This document shows positions 1 to 7,172 of a DNA stretch of 18,614 nt, one piece after another; positions within the stretch are counted from its first letter, which is position 1; the number at the start of each line of letters is the position of its first letter. The DNA is from PVC group bacterium (lineage in GTDB: Bacteria; GCA-001730085; JADFSZ01). The notes below the pieces were generated by a model. It worked only from the letters and a program-made list of their open reading frames with translations, had not been told where the DNA came from and made no database searches. Location of the stretch: contig JADFSZ010000011.1 of NCBI GenBank assembly GCA_022560555.1, positions 1 to 18,614 on the forward strand, in the 5' to 3' direction. Position numbers and translations under genes: made by a program.

Positions 1-107
1 TTTGATAACGTTGATCTTAGAGAAAATATAAAAAAAAGTTGACAGAGACATCCAAAATATGCGACTTTTAATAAGAATGAAAACGCTTTCAACAGCCGGA
101 GTCTCCC

Positions 108-554
108 ATGACTCAAATGCCCAAATTAGATAATATCCAAGCCGACCCGAATGTAGACCGGCGTCATTTCATGCGGATTCCTTTTGATTCAGATGTTTAT
201 ATGTATTTTACGAGGAAACAGGGTTTTACTCGTATCCCGGTTAAAGTTAAAAGCCGGCTCGTCAGTCTCAGCGGGGGAGGGATGAGTGTATATGTGTATA
301 AATTGGACCCTCGCCTTCTGATGGATTTAGAGAAGAAAAATAATGATTTGAAAGTCAAATTTCAGCTCCAATATCCGTTCCAAATCCTTCAATCTAATGC
401 TGATGTGGTTTGGTCCAGGGATGTGAATCCTTTCAAAACCGAGTTGGGTATTCAATTCGCAGATATATTGAGCGAAGATCAGGATAAAATTGTATTGAAT
501 ATTATCAACCAAATAGTCGATTGGAATCTCAAGACAGGCTCCTCCCTCATTTAG
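108..554 (+). CDS. PilZ-domain protein, putative c-di-GMP receptor
   Basis: 148-aa ORF with GGAG 6 nt upstream of the ATG. It has an RxxxR motif (RRHFMR) followed about 30 aa later by SLSGGG, which fits the PilZ (D/N)xSxxG motif with Ser at the first position. Ends in TAG. Confidence 0.7.
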   Translation: MTQMPKLDNIQADPNVDRRHFMRIPFDSDVYMYFTRKQGFTRIPVKVKSRLVSLSGGGMSVYVYKLDPRLLMDLEKKNNDLKVKFQLQYPFQILQSNADVVWSRDVNPFKTELGIQFADILSEDQDKIVLNIINQIVDWNLKTGSSLI

Positions 555-586
555 CCCCCCACCTTCCCTCTTCCAGGGACATACCT

Positions 587-622
587 GATTTTCCCCCAAA
601 GTGACTGGTGCGGGGGAAAATC
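587..622 (+). terminator. Strong hairpin downstream of the PilZ gene; possible terminator lacking a U-tract
   Basis: Perfect 11-bp inverted repeat GATTTTCCCCC / GGGGGAAAATC with a 14-nt loop, starting 33 nt after the stop codon. No T-run follows on either strand. Confidence 0.4.
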
Positions 623-625
623 CAT

Positions 626-653
626 TTGACATTTAACGGGCTTTTTGGATAAT
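626..653 (+). promoter_or_regulatory. Sigma70-like promoter for the outer-membrane protein gene
   Basis: TTGACA (626-631), a 16-nt spacer, then GATAAT (648-653). It lies about 110 nt upstream of the ATG at 766. Confidence 0.5.
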
Positions 654-765
654 AGAAACAATTCGCAATTGCCTGATGTATCTGTTATTTGAGTCGCGTC
701 CTTTGGGTTTATCGTAAGCTCAATTTACCCGTTCGTACATTTTTATTTCATAGAAAGGAGTGGGC

Positions 766-1344
766 ATGAAAAAGTTTGTTGGAGTTCTAAGTTTTGCTCT
801 TGTTTTGGCTTTATCCCAGGTTGTTCATGCGCAGGATCTAGACGCTGGTTATCTCAATATCAGCCTCTTTGGAGGAGGTTGGTTTTCCGAATCCAGTGAT
901 GTTGATAGTGATTGGAATATCGGCGCCCGATTGACATACGATTTTACGCCCTATCTAGAGGCGGGAATTGAGACGGGATGGACGAGTTATGATGTTGACA
1001 ACCGAGGGGCTGCGGGCGGTCAACTTGGTGAAATCGAATTTATTCCCTTGTACTTTATCCTCATTGGAAAATACCCGCTTGAATTTACCGACTATACGCT
1101 TGTTCCATACGTCCTTGGGGGCGTGGGCATAGTGTTCTGGGATTCAGATGCCAGTCAGCCCGGTGTCACAGATGACGAAGGGGAAGATTATGCATTTAAG
1201 CTCGGCGGCGGCGCTGATTATTATGTAACCGACAATACGGCCGTATTTATCGAAGGCGGTTTTCAATCATGGTCAACGGATCTAGAAATTGGAAATGGTG
1301 TTGATTCTTTTTATGTTTCAGGAGGCATAAAACTAAGCATGTAA
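766..1344 (+). CDS. Outer-membrane beta-barrel protein (OmpW/OMP_b-brl-like) with signal peptide
   Basis: AAGGAG lies 5 nt upstream of ATG 766; the ORF track begins at an upstream GTG at 760. The signal peptide is MKKFVGVLSFALVLALSQVVHA|QD. The mature part has alternating Gly/aromatic-rich amphipathic beta-strand patterns (GGGWF, GIETGWTSY, LGGGADYYV, FIEGGF). Confidence 0.75.
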   Translation: MKKFVGVLSFALVLALSQVVHAQDLDAGYLNISLFGGGWFSESSDVDSDWNIGARLTYDFTPYLEAGIETGWTSYDVDNRGAAGGQLGEIEFIPLYFILIGKYPLEFTDYTLVPYVLGGVGIVFWDSDASQPGVTDDEGEDYAFKLGGGADYYVTDNTAVFIEGGFQSWSTDLEIGNGVDSFYVSGGIKLSM

Positions 1345-1377
1345 ACTTCTCGATCAAATACTGAGATTTTCTTGATA

Positions 1378-1415
1378 AAGCCCCATGGCATCGTTATAAT
1401 GGGGCTTTATTTTTT
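1378..1415 (+). terminator. Rho-independent terminator of the outer-membrane protein gene
   Basis: Stem AAAGCCCCAT / ATGGGGCTTT with an 11-nt loop, followed by TATTTTTT. Confidence 0.8.
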
Positions 1416-1433
1416 GGAAATCTTCTATAAAAC

Positions 1434-1535
1434 TAAGCGCCCATCCCGAATGAGGAGGCCCAGGAAGTATAGCTTCGGGATGCCGAAGAAACTCTTCTTG
1501 GGAAGCTTCATTCGGCATAGCTCAACTGGATAAAG
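1434..1535 (+). other. Duplicated 5' fragment of tRNA-Arg (acceptor 5' strand plus D-arm), split by repeat copy A
   Basis: TAAGCGCC (1434-1441) and ATAGCTCAACTGGATAAAG (1517-1535) together match TAAGCGCCTATAGCTCAACTGGATAGAG of the real tRNA (1603-1630). The roughly 76-nt repeat lies between the two pieces. Similarity stops after the D-arm. Confidence 0.5.
1443..1518 (+). repeat. Structured 76-nt repeat, copy A
   Basis: By-eye alignment gives roughly 80% identity to 18261-18337 in the same orientation. The cores AGCTTCGGGATGCCGAAGAAA (21 nt) and AGCTTCATTCGGCAT (15 nt) are identical in both copies. Two hairpins are possible: TCCCGAA/TTCGGGA, and ATGCCGAA-GAA/TTC-A-TTCGGCAT. Confidence 0.8.
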
Positions 1536-1605
1536 GGTTGATGAATAAAAGATAAAGATTTAAAGATACGCAGGATGAAGTTTTTTACAAATTACTAATT
1601 TTTAA

Positions 1606-1679
1606 GCGCCTATAGCTCAACTGGATAGAGTGTCGGCCTACGAAGCCGAAGGTTCCAGGTTCGACCCCTGGTGGGCGCA
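1606..1679 (+). tRNA. tRNA-Arg (anticodon ACG)
   Basis: 74-nt cloverleaf. Acceptor GCGCCTA/TGGGCGC, D-arm GCTC-AACTGGATA-GAGT, anticodon stem TCGGC/GCCGA with loop CTACGAA, T-arm CCAGG-TTCGACC-CCTGG, discriminator A. CCA is not encoded. Confidence 0.93.
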
Positions 1680-1712
1680 TTTTTTTGGAGTTCGTTTTTT
1701 TTGGAGATTCAT

Positions 1713-3062
1713 ATGTTGAAAGACCAAGCAAGAGAGCTGCATCGCCTTATTCCCGACACGGCCTATCGAACGTATTCGGAATATGCGAGCGCTCAAGGCG
1801 AGGATGTTGTTACCAAAGCCCGGGGCTTGACGACGGATGCGATATTAAAAGAAGTTCTCGACTCAGGATTGCGGGGCCGGGGCGGAGCCGGATTTTTAAC
1901 GGGCGTGAAATGGTCGGGATTATCGCATCACTCTTGTAAAAAAAGGTTTGTCGTATGCAACGGAGCCGAGGGAGAGCCGGGAACGTTTAAGGATCGGTTT
2001 TTATTGAGAAAAAATCCGTACGCGACTTTAGAGGGGATGCTCATTGCCGCGCATGTCCTTTCTGCCGATCAATTGTATATTGCGATGAAAGGCTCTTTTA
2101 AAAAAGAATTGAGCCGTGTTGAATCAGCCATTGAAGAAATGACATCTCTCGGTTTATTTGATCAAATCAAAATCAAAGTTATTCGTGGACCGGAAGAGTA
2201 TTTATTCGGGGAAGAAAAAGCCCTCCTCAATGTGATTGAGGGAGCCGAGCCTTGTCCGAGAGAGGCTCACTATCCTCCGTATGAAGTTGGATTGTTTGGG
2301 AACCTTGTTCATCCGAATCCTGCCCTTGTGAATAATGTCGAGACCTATGCGCGTGTCAGCAGCATCATTCGCAATGGTGCAAAATCATTTCGCACTCTCG
2401 GAACAGAGGATACGCCCGGGCTCTTGATTTTTACCGTTTGCGGCGACGTCGCAAGGCCGGGTGTGTTTGAGATGGAAGCCGGTGTGACCATCAAACATTT
2501 GCTTAACGATATCGCGGGTGGAGCCGGGGCGGGCCGCCGATTAGTTGCGGCTCTATCCGGAGTCTCATCGCGGGTAATACTGGCCAAAGATTTTGATACA
2601 ACGTGTGAGTTTGGCGCATTGAAGGGTATTGGATCAGGCCTCGGCTCTGCCGGGTTCATTGTTTTTGACGACAAAACGGATATGGGCCGGGTTACACAGG
2701 CGATGGCCCGGTTTCTCTATGTCGAATCCTGCAACCAGTGTACCGCCTGCAAACACGGATTAAGAACGGCTTCCGCGGGTTTGGATAAAATGTTTTCCGG
2801 AAGCTCGTCGGGGGCTAGAGATTTGGAGCAGGTCCTACATGGGGCCAAAGGAGCCCCTCAGGGAAATCGCTGTTATTTACCGATCCAAGGCTCCCGGATT
2901 ATCCCGAGTCTGATCGAAAATTTCCGCACATCATTCCAGAAAACTAAAAAAGATTTTTTATCGACATCCCCTTACCAGATCCCCAAAATCAAAGACTTTG
3001 ATGAAGAGAAGCACCTGTTTATCTATGATGAAGCCCAGATGGTGAAACGTCCTGATTGGTAA
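1713..3062 (+). CDS. NuoF-like flavoprotein (NADH dehydrogenase 51-kDa subunit family), stand-alone
   Basis: 449 aa from ATG 1713, with GGAG 6 nt upstream; the longer ORF start at 1671 overlaps the tRNA. FMN-site motif GLRGRGGAGFLTGVKW, also VCNGAEGEPGTFKDR and NNVET. 4Fe-4S motif ESCNQCTACKHG with a fourth Cys about 40 aa later (NRCYLP). Confidence 0.8.
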   Translation: MLKDQARELHRLIPDTAYRTYSEYASAQGEDVVTKARGLTTDAILKEVLDSGLRGRGGAGFLTGVKWSGLSHHSCKKRFVVCNGAEGEPGTFKDRFLLRKNPYATLEGMLIAAHVLSADQLYIAMKGSFKKELSRVESAIEEMTSLGLFDQIKIKVIRGPEEYLFGEEKALLNVIEGAEPCPREAHYPPYEVGLFGNLVHPNPALVNNVETYARVSSIIRNGAKSFRTLGTEDTPGLLIFTVCGDVARPGVFEMEAGVTIKHLLNDIAGGAGAGRRLVAALSGVSSRVILAKDFDTTCEFGALKGIGSGLGSAGFIVFDDKTDMGRVTQAMARFLYVESCNQCTACKHGLRTASAGLDKMFSGSSSGARDLEQVLHGAKGAPQGNRCYLPIQGSRIIPSLIENFRTSFQKTKKDFLSTSPYQIPKIKDFDEEKHLFIYDEAQMVKRPDW

Positions 3063-3149
3063 GAAAACTCATTATTCTCTAGAAACTTTTTTCTGAATCG
3101 CTTACAATTCATAACATGATTTTGTTTCACGTTGTTTGAAAGGGCCCCG

Positions 3150-4370
3150 ATGTTTGAAAAATCCTGGTTAGAAGTGTTTGGTTTATCCGGTTTTTTGGAT
3201 GTGGCCTTTATGGCGCTTCTGATTTATCTTGTCCTTGTTTGGTTCAAAAAGACACGCGCGGCCTTTGTTTTAACGGGTATCCTCATTGTGGCCGGTATGT
3301 ATCTTTTAACCCGCCTGTTTAATCTGATTATGACGGCCACAATGTTTGAGCAATTCTTTGCGATTATTCTTATTGCCATGGTTGTGATTTTTCAGGAAGA
3401 ATTGCGCAATATTTTTGAGAAAGTCGCTGTATGGAGCCTTGAGAGACGCCTCACCCGCAGGAAGGTTACCCAATTGACACGGGAAGAAACCGAAACCCTT
3501 GTCAGATGCCTTCTTGACTTTTCGCGGCAAAAACATGGATCGTTGATCGTTTTGGTCGGCAAAGACCTTCTTTTGCGGCATTTGACGGGGGGCGTGGATT
3601 TGTTCGGAGAAATGAGCGAGCCGATCTTGAAAAGTCTGTTTGATCCGAATTCTATCGGCCATGACGGGGCGGTTGTTATAAAAGGGAATCGCATTATTCA
3701 ATTTTCCTGCCATTTACCGCTCTCCAAAAATCTAAAAAAAGTCGCCTGGGGCGGAACGCGTCATGCTGCCGCTCTCGGACTAACGGAGCTAACAGACGCC
3801 ATGTGCCTTGTTGTGTCCGAAGAAAGCGGGGCCATATCGGTTGCGCATCGCGGGGCCATTCATGAAGTCAGAGATCCGGATCAATTGATTAAAATTTTGG
3901 AAAAGTTTTACCATGAAGTCAGCCCGGTCCGTTCTAAAACCGTTTGGAAAAATGTGTTTAAAAAAAATTATCGCGAAAAAATCATGGCCCTACTGTTATC
4001 CTTAGTTTTATGGTTTGTCCTTGTGCATGGATCCAAAGAAATCTATAGAAATTTTTCTGTACCGATTGAGCTCGGTGTTTTGCCCCAAACATGGGAGGTC
4101 GTTGAGCTCGAGCCGCGTGTGCTCGAAGTGACATTACGCGGTCCAAGACGGCTTTTTATCTTTTTGACGGGGGATCGCATTAAATTTTCCCCGAAAATTC
4201 GACTGGAGCCCGGTGTGCAGAAAATAAGGGTGTATTCCAACCAAATAGGGTTTCCTAAAAATATCGAATTAGAGAGTTTTGATCCGAAGATTTTGAAACT
4301 TCATTTAGAAAAGATGGCTCGTGTCGAAGAATTGGATGAGCCGGACACGTCTCGGGCTGTTGGAGAATAA
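3150..4370 (+). CDS. cdaA: Membrane diadenylate cyclase (CdaA/DisA_N type) fused to a C-terminal TM helix and YbbR-like domain
   Basis: 406 aa from ATG 3150; an alternative TTG at 3132 gives 412 aa. Three N-terminal hydrophobic helices precede the DAC motifs HDGAVVI, GGTRHAAALG and VVSEESGAISVA. A fourth helix (IMALLLSLVLWFVLV) is followed by a YbbR-like segment (FSVPIELGVLPQTWEVVELEPRVLEVTLRGP). Confidence 0.8.
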   Translation: MFEKSWLEVFGLSGFLDVAFMALLIYLVLVWFKKTRAAFVLTGILIVAGMYLLTRLFNLIMTATMFEQFFAIILIAMVVIFQEELRNIFEKVAVWSLERRLTRRKVTQLTREETETLVRCLLDFSRQKHGSLIVLVGKDLLLRHLTGGVDLFGEMSEPILKSLFDPNSIGHDGAVVIKGNRIIQFSCHLPLSKNLKKVAWGGTRHAAALGLTELTDAMCLVVSEESGAISVAHRGAIHEVRDPDQLIKILEKFYHEVSPVRSKTVWKNVFKKNYREKIMALLLSLVLWFVLVHGSKEIYRNFSVPIELGVLPQTWEVVELEPRVLEVTLRGPRRLFIFLTGDRIKFSPKIRLEPGVQKIRVYSNQIGFPKNIELESFDPKILKLHLEKMARVEELDEPDTSRAVGE

Positions 4371-4404
4371 ACCCGCGGGAAGACCCTTTTTAAGCCTATT
4401 GTTT

Positions 4405-5583
4405 TTATTTCAAAATTCTTTTATACAGGGCGCGTGTTGTGTTTGCGATATGAGCCCAGGAAAAGTGATCCGAGACATGTTGTCTTGCGGCCGCGGCCAT
4501 TTTTGAAAGAAGGTCTTTGTCCTGATAGAGTTTAGTGATAGTCCGGGCAAGGTCTTTGGCGAAGTTTTGCGGATGGTTCGTATCGACAGGGACAAGGTGA
4601 CCTGTTTGTCCGTCTGAAACAACTTCCGGGATCCCACCGACAGCGGATGCCACAACAGGTGTCACGCATGCCATGGCCTCTAAATTGATGATTCCGAAAG
4701 GTTCGTACATAGATGGGCAGCAAAAAATCGATGCGTGGGAATAAAATTGAACCAAGTCTTCACGGGATACCATTTTATCAATCCAATAAACATGTGATTT
4801 TGCTTTCTTAAGTTTGTGATATTTTGATTCGAATTCATTTTTGATTTTGGGTGTATCCGGAGAGGCTGCCAAGAGAACGACCCCGAGGTTATCCGGCAAA
4901 TCTTTGGCAGCGTCCAAAAAATGGCTGATTCCTTTTTGGCGTGTGATGCGTCCCACAAAAAGGACATAGTCGAGTGATGAAGGAATATTGTGTTTGTCCA
5001 GGGCATCACGCTTGAGGACTTTTTGATAAACATTTGTGTCGATCCCATTGGGGATGACATGGATCTTTTTTTCGGACACACAAAAGTGCTTTAAGATGTC
5101 CTCTTTGGTACTGGTGGACACAGCAATCACGGCATCCGCCATTTCAAGGGCCGTTTTTTCGACCCAGCAGGAGTACCGATAGCCGCTTTTGAGCTGCTCT
5201 TCTTTCCATGGCCTTAGAGGTTCCAGGGAGTGGACCGTGATGACCAACGGAAGGTGATTAAGCAGCTTGAGAGAGATCCCGGCCTGGTGTGTGTACCAGG
5301 TATGGCAGTGGACGATGTCGGCATCGGTTTTTTTCATCGCCATGGAGGTGTTTCGATAGACCGTTTGGTAGATGTTTTTGAGGTGCTCCGGATAGGAGCC
5401 GGGGATCTTTTCTGCGGGAAATCCATGGACACGCAGGCTTTTTCTGGAGAGAGATTGATTCCCAAAACAGCGGACATCCACCTCAATGAGTTTGGATAAA
5501 GCCTCACATAAGTGCTCCACATGAATACCGGCCCCGCCGTAGACGTTGGGGGGATATTCGTTTGTCAGGATTAAGGTTTTCAT
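4405..5583 (-). CDS. glgM: GT4 glycogen synthase of the Corynebacterium/Mycobacterium GlgA/GlgM family; probable alpha-maltose-1-phosphate synthase
   Basis: 392 aa. The N-terminus MKTLILTNEYPPNVYGGAGIHVEHL closely resembles mycobacterial GlgM (Rv1212c) and differs from GT5 GlgA (KTGGLADV type). GT-B C-terminal motifs are FVGRITRQKG and PSMYEPFGIINLEAMA. The gene is divergent from glgC, as in mycobacteria. Confidence 0.85.
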   Translation of the reverse strand: MKTLILTNEYPPNVYGGAGIHVEHLCEALSKLIEVDVRCFGNQSLSRKSLRVHGFPAEKIPGSYPEHLKNIYQTVYRNTSMAMKKTDADIVHCHTWYTHQAGISLKLLNHLPLVITVHSLEPLRPWKEEQLKSGYRYSCWVEKTALEMADAVIAVSTSTKEDILKHFCVSEKKIHVIPNGIDTNVYQKVLKRDALDKHNIPSSLDYVLFVGRITRQKGISHFLDAAKDLPDNLGVVLLAASPDTPKIKNEFESKYHKLKKAKSHVYWIDKMVSREDLVQFYSHASIFCCPSMYEPFGIINLEAMACVTPVVASAVGGIPEVVSDGQTGHLVPVDTNHPQNFAKDLARTITKLYQDKDLLSKMAAAARQHVSDHFSWAHIANTTRALYKRILK

Positions 5584-5619
5584 ACGGTATTCCCTGTGAG
5601 TGACATTAAAGATCTCTCA

Positions 5620-5647
5620 AGGATAGGTTTTTTTTAGGTGGGGTCAA
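5620..5647 (-). promoter_or_regulatory. Candidate promoter for the GT4 synthase gene (weak)
   Basis: On the minus strand: TTGACC, a 16-nt spacer, then TATCCT. The -10 element is poor. It lies about 30 nt upstream of the ATG. Confidence 0.25.
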
Positions 5648-5661
5648 GAGAATTTTTTATA

Positions 5662-5688
5662 TTCAAAGGGGCAAGGTCTTGATATAAT
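5662..5688 (+). promoter_or_regulatory. Extended -10 promoter for glgC
   Basis: TGATATAAT (5680-5688) matches the TGnTATAAT extended -10 consensus. TTCAAA lies 15 nt upstream. The element is about 50 nt upstream of the glgC ATG. Confidence 0.55.
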
Positions 5689-5739
5689 ACCCGTTTTCGC
5701 AAAAAATACCATTTATGTTGATCTACAAGGATAAGGGTT

Positions 5740-7005
5740 ATGTACAATGTCGCGTGTGTCATATTGGGTGGAGGGCAGGGAGCCCGTCTATATCCGCTGA
5801 CGAAGGATCGGTCCAAACCGGCTGTGCCGTTTGCCGGTCGGTACCGCCTGATCGATATCCCGATCAGTAATTGTCTGCATGCGGGCTTTGATAGTATCTA
5901 TATTCTGACCCAGTTCAATTCCAGATCTCTTAATCGGCATGTCTCACGGACGTATCCCCTGGCCCCTTTTAGAAGGGGTTTTGTGGAAGTGCTTGCGGCC
6001 GAACTGTCCCAAGAAACATCAGAATGGTATCAAGGGACGGCTGACGCGGTGAGGCGGTGTCTCAAGCATTTTGAAGATCCGGGAGTTAAAATTGATTATG
6101 TAATTGTGCTTTCGGGGGATCAACTCTACAAGATGGATTTGCGGCATTTCTTAAACTACCATATTGTTAAAAAGGCAGACATTACGATTGCGTGCAATGT
6201 GATGCCTGAGACGAGTGACATTAGCGGATTTGGGGTTGTCGGAGTCGACGAGGATTTTCATGTGAACAATTTTGTTGAGAAGCCCAAAGAAAAGGCGACC
6301 GTAGAAAATCTTCTTATTTCTTCTAACGGAGAGCGCCGTTTTTTAGCCTCCATGGGCATTTATGCTTTTAATAAAGATGCGCTTGTAGACATCCTTTTGA
6401 CGAGCGATAAAGATGATTTTGGAAAAGAGATTATTCCGGAAGCTTTTCCTCGAAAGCATACCGTCGCGTATGAATATGAGGGGTATTGGCAGGATGTGGG
6501 ATCGATCAGATCCTATTATGAACAAAATTTGGCGTTTACAGATCCGATTCCGCCCATGGATCTTTTTGACGCTAATTGGCCGTTTTTTACGCGCCCACGC
6601 TATCTTCCTCCCTCGAAATTTAACGGGTGTGAAATTGCAAATTCGATTGTGGCTGAAGGGGTCATTGTCTTAAACGGATCTCACATTCGTCATTCCGTTG
6701 TTGGATTGCGCAGCCGCATTGCTGAAGACACAACCATTGAGGACGCGATTCTCATCGGAAACGATTATTATGAGACACTGGATGACATAAATCGCTCCGG
6801 AGAAAAAGGGCTTCCGATCATGGGGATTGGGCATAACACCGTGATAAAGAGAGCCATTATTGATAAAAATGTACGTATCGGAAGCAATGTGTGCATTGAA
6901 AACAAACGGAATCTCACGGAAGCGGATGAGGCCAATTACATTATTCGTGATGAGATCGTGATTATCCCGAAGGGAGCCATCATTCCGGACGGGACAGTAA
7001 TCTAA
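5740..7005 (+). CDS. glgC: Glucose-1-phosphate adenylyltransferase
   Basis: 421 aa. Motifs: VILGGGQGARLYPLTKDRSKPAVPFAGRYRLIDIPISNC, WYQGTADAV, FVEKPKEK and SMGIYAF. The C-terminus has a left-handed beta-helix repeat pattern. Confidence 0.93.
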   Translation: MYNVACVILGGGQGARLYPLTKDRSKPAVPFAGRYRLIDIPISNCLHAGFDSIYILTQFNSRSLNRHVSRTYPLAPFRRGFVEVLAAELSQETSEWYQGTADAVRRCLKHFEDPGVKIDYVIVLSGDQLYKMDLRHFLNYHIVKKADITIACNVMPETSDISGFGVVGVDEDFHVNNFVEKPKEKATVENLLISSNGERRFLASMGIYAFNKDALVDILLTSDKDDFGKEIIPEAFPRKHTVAYEYEGYWQDVGSIRSYYEQNLAFTDPIPPMDLFDANWPFFTRPRYLPPSKFNGCEIANSIVAEGVIVLNGSHIRHSVVGLRSRIAEDTTIEDAILIGNDYYETLDDINRSGEKGLPIMGIGHNTVIKRAIIDKNVRIGSNVCIENKRNLTEADEANYIIRDEIVIIPKGAIIPDGTVI

Positions 7006-7095
7006 GTTTGTTTTTTTCTAAGTATTTGTGTAATAACAGTTTATTATCGTGCCTAAAGCGCCTGTTTTTTTCACAAGGATTTTCTAAAAAAGAGA

Positions 7096-7124
7096 TTGCC
7101 AACAGTACCAAAACATGCTAAATT
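7096..7124 (+). promoter_or_regulatory. Candidate promoter for the DUF2934 gene
   Basis: TTGCCA (7096-7101), a 17-nt spacer, then TAAATT (7119-7124). It lies about 50 nt upstream of ATG 7173. Confidence 0.4.
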
Positions 7125-7172
7125 TTCGATTCTCATCAATAGGGACTTGAAGGGCGAAGGGGGTGACATAAT

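Noticed and set aside
1450-1533. A 27-codon ORF (MRRPRKYSFGMPKKLFLGSFIRHSSTG) inside repeat copy A
   Set aside because: In copy B the same frame stops after two codons (ATG AAG TAG). Conservation follows base-pairing rather than codons.
1671-1712. The upstream start (1671) of the nuoF-like ORF, and the overlapping ORF 1685-1939
   Set aside because: The 1671 start lies inside the tRNA-Arg gene, whereas ATG 1713 has a GGAG Shine-Dalgarno sequence at the right distance. The 1685 ORF is an alternative frame with no motifs.
3306-3713. Antisense or alternative-frame ORFs of 60-137 aa inside cdaA, the GT4 synthase gene, glgP, glgE, glgB, GH57 and malQ (for example 3306-3713, 4680-5081, 12150-12563, 12621-13013, 12772-13164 and 16843-17151)
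   Set aside because: Each is nested entirely within a strongly supported gene. Their composition is low-complexity or Arg/Ser/Pro-rich, as is typical of shadow frames, and they have no start-site signals or recognisable domains.
4371-4404. A bidirectional terminator between the convergent cdaA and GT4 synthase genes
   Set aside because: Only a 3-bp GGG-AAGA-CCC stem before TTTTT and a 10-bp ACCCGCGGGT palindrome are present. This is too weak to call a terminator.
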